Below are positions 61,719 to 64,000 of a DNA stretch of 64,000 bases, in pieces (within the stretch, counting starts at the first letter, position 1; every line of letters begins with the position of its first letter). The position numbers were made by a program, and so were the translations under genes. Under the pieces are notes generated by a model. That model saw nothing but the letters and a program-made list of their open reading frames with translations. It was not told where the DNA came from and ran no database searches. Origin of the DNA: the human T2T-CHM13v2.0 reference genome, Homo sapiens; the NCBI RefSeq assembly GCF_009914755.1, contig NC_060947.1; one strand, written 5' to 3'.

Positions 61719-62964
61719 GTAACATAGGATGTTGGTAATTTCTTATTTGGATCAGATGACATGGTCATAATGCTGTGAAGTTAATACTTTATTCTTCACT
61801 TTTGCTAATTTTTAGATACTTCACATTAAATTTACCTGAGTATAGTTCATCTAGTTTGTCCTCTTAATTTCTTGTAAGAACAATTTTTCTCACTACCTTC
61901 CTTAGCCTCCCTGTTTCTTCTCTTTTCCCTTTTATTCTTTCTGTTATTTGGTTTTATTGAAAAAATAGATGTTTATGTTTTAAAATATACATTATTAATT
62001 AATGTTACACTCCATATTTAGTTATATGATTTTCCTTTTCATTTCAGTCTGTAATCAGGGCCATGATGGTAGCACCTGGGAACTAGATCAAGGCCATTCT
62101 GGAGAGAGTATGTTTATGGTTGTTGCTCCTGATTTAAATGGAAAGAGGAGCAAAGTGGTGATTTTTTTTTTTAAATTGAAAAATGTAGTAAGACCGGCTT
62201 CCCCTCCCAGTAATAGTAATAGAGTTTAGCATTTGAGATTTTCCATTCAAGCTTTACATTAATGTGTTTTTTTCTGCCCAAATTAAGTCTTTAGCAAAAC
62301 TGAAAAATGAGGATGATCTTTTCTACTCTGCTTCTTTAGAATTAATTCTTACCTACATAGTCTATTTGTTCCTTTAGTCCCAAAAACCTCTTGGCCATTT
62401 TTCCTTTAAATTATTCTAGCTTAAAGCATGGTAAATAGGTTTAAATTGGCCTATGAAAATCCATAGAATAAATAATTGATAAGTTACTTAGAAGTTTTCT
62501 GAAGATCAAAATGATATCTTAGACATTAGGCTTTCTGTCAAGGAAATAAACAAGAGATTACTTCATCATCCTACCTCCTCACTAACATTATTTTGAGTTT
62601 TTAGGATCAGGGAAAGACAGACTCTCAAAAGTAGTATCTAGAATGTTGTCATCTTCTCGAACAGAAATATCATCTTTATAAATTTTGCTGTCTTGAAAGC
62701 ACTCCAGATAATAAACTTCAGCATCCTATTTGAATTGGAAGTTGTCACTACCAAAGGTTCTGTTTTCTTGGATAGGGTTGCAGTTTCTTGTTTTAGTCCA
62801 AACTATTTGTACCTTTGGTATTTTCAAACACTATTACAAAATCATTTTATGTCCTGTGCCTGGAGATCTTCTCTCTAGGTAGTGGCATGGAGGCTTTCCT
62901 ATGAAAGCTTTGAAACTATAATTTTAAAGAATAATGTATCATTTCTGCAAATTTTCAATTACAG

Positions 62965-63096
62965 GTTTGTAGTCAGAGTCTTTTGCCTATCATTAATATT
63001 ATTCCATCGCAAGGAATAGTTCCATTTGGGGGAATAACTGTTCTCAATATCTCCTGTAAACCCACTGTGGCAGAAAAGTTTGATACAAGAGCAAAG
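62965..63096 (+). CDS. CFAP47: CFAP47 long-isoform exon (~18): VCSQSLLPIINIIPSQG...FDTRAK
   Basis: ttacag acceptor, AAG|gtatgt donor, 132 nt open frame; IxPxxG motif of ASH repeats. Confidence 0.9.
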
Positions 63097-63755
63097 GTAT
63101 GTCCATACATATGAGTTTTTGCACCTTACATATGTCTATGTGGGTTTGTTGGTTGTTTAACTTATCTATAATGGTAGGTATAATGCTACAAAATGGAGTA
63201 CACATGTTTATTATTAGAAAACTTGTTTTAATTCTTTCTTCTATTGGGAATGGGATTTAAAGTTATGACATTAAAGAGCAATTTTCAAAAAGTATATTAT
63301 TTTTCTAGAAATTAAGTTAGCTTTAAAGAAGTAGAGTTTTTGGAGATTTAAAAAAGCACTTAGCTTTATCATCTAATGAAAAATTGGATAGCAGAACTTG
63401 GAGAGGATTTGCAGAAAATATTTTTGATGAAGTTGGTAATGGAAATTTCTACTAAGTTGAAATGGATACCTTCCATCAATATGAGGCACTTTCTTATGAA
63501 ATTGAAATGATAGTTGTCATTTCTGAGTTTTGACGAACCTAGATAGCCACAGAGAAGAGGGTTGCTTTTTTCAAAGCATTAGTTAGGTAGATTAGGAAAA
63601 AAATAATCAATTTTGCAATGCTAATTCTAAAGAGTCTTAATAATATGAATTATATGTAATTTCTATATGATTTTAACATCTATATTTTAGAGCACACATA
63701 AAATGTTTTACTGCTTTATGTTCTCGGAATTATGTAAATGAAAAATATTACCCTG

Positions 63756-64000
<245 letters not shown>

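Overview
AT-rich, repeat-dense primate (human-type) intragenic DNA. The + strand carries 16 consecutive in-frame coding exons (about 899 codons, phases checked by hand) of the X-linked ciliary/flagellar gene CFAP47, identified from recall of the CXorf22 protein. They are probably exons 3-18 and encode tandem ASH/PapD-like Ig-fold repeats. The gene has a 96-nt GC-AG intron and a composite exon whose read-through produces the short CXorf22-type isoform (...VYIVTYI*). Introns are filled with mostly antisense L1s, plus Alus, ERV/MaLR LTRs, L2/MIR and hAT/Tigger relics. I see no new gene system. The unusual signal is a recurring set of locally templated structures: a 60-bp intronic copy of an exon differing mostly at third codon positions, a near-perfect palindromic 24-bp minisatellite, a ~108-bp-arm hairpin, a 220-bp inverted copy inside an LTR and a 56-bp dispersed copy. 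There are also atypical L1 insertions: a TSD-flanked, tail-less 5'UTR+ORF1 L1, and two L1s sharing one target site. Exon numbers and repeat subfamily names come from recall, not from a database search.
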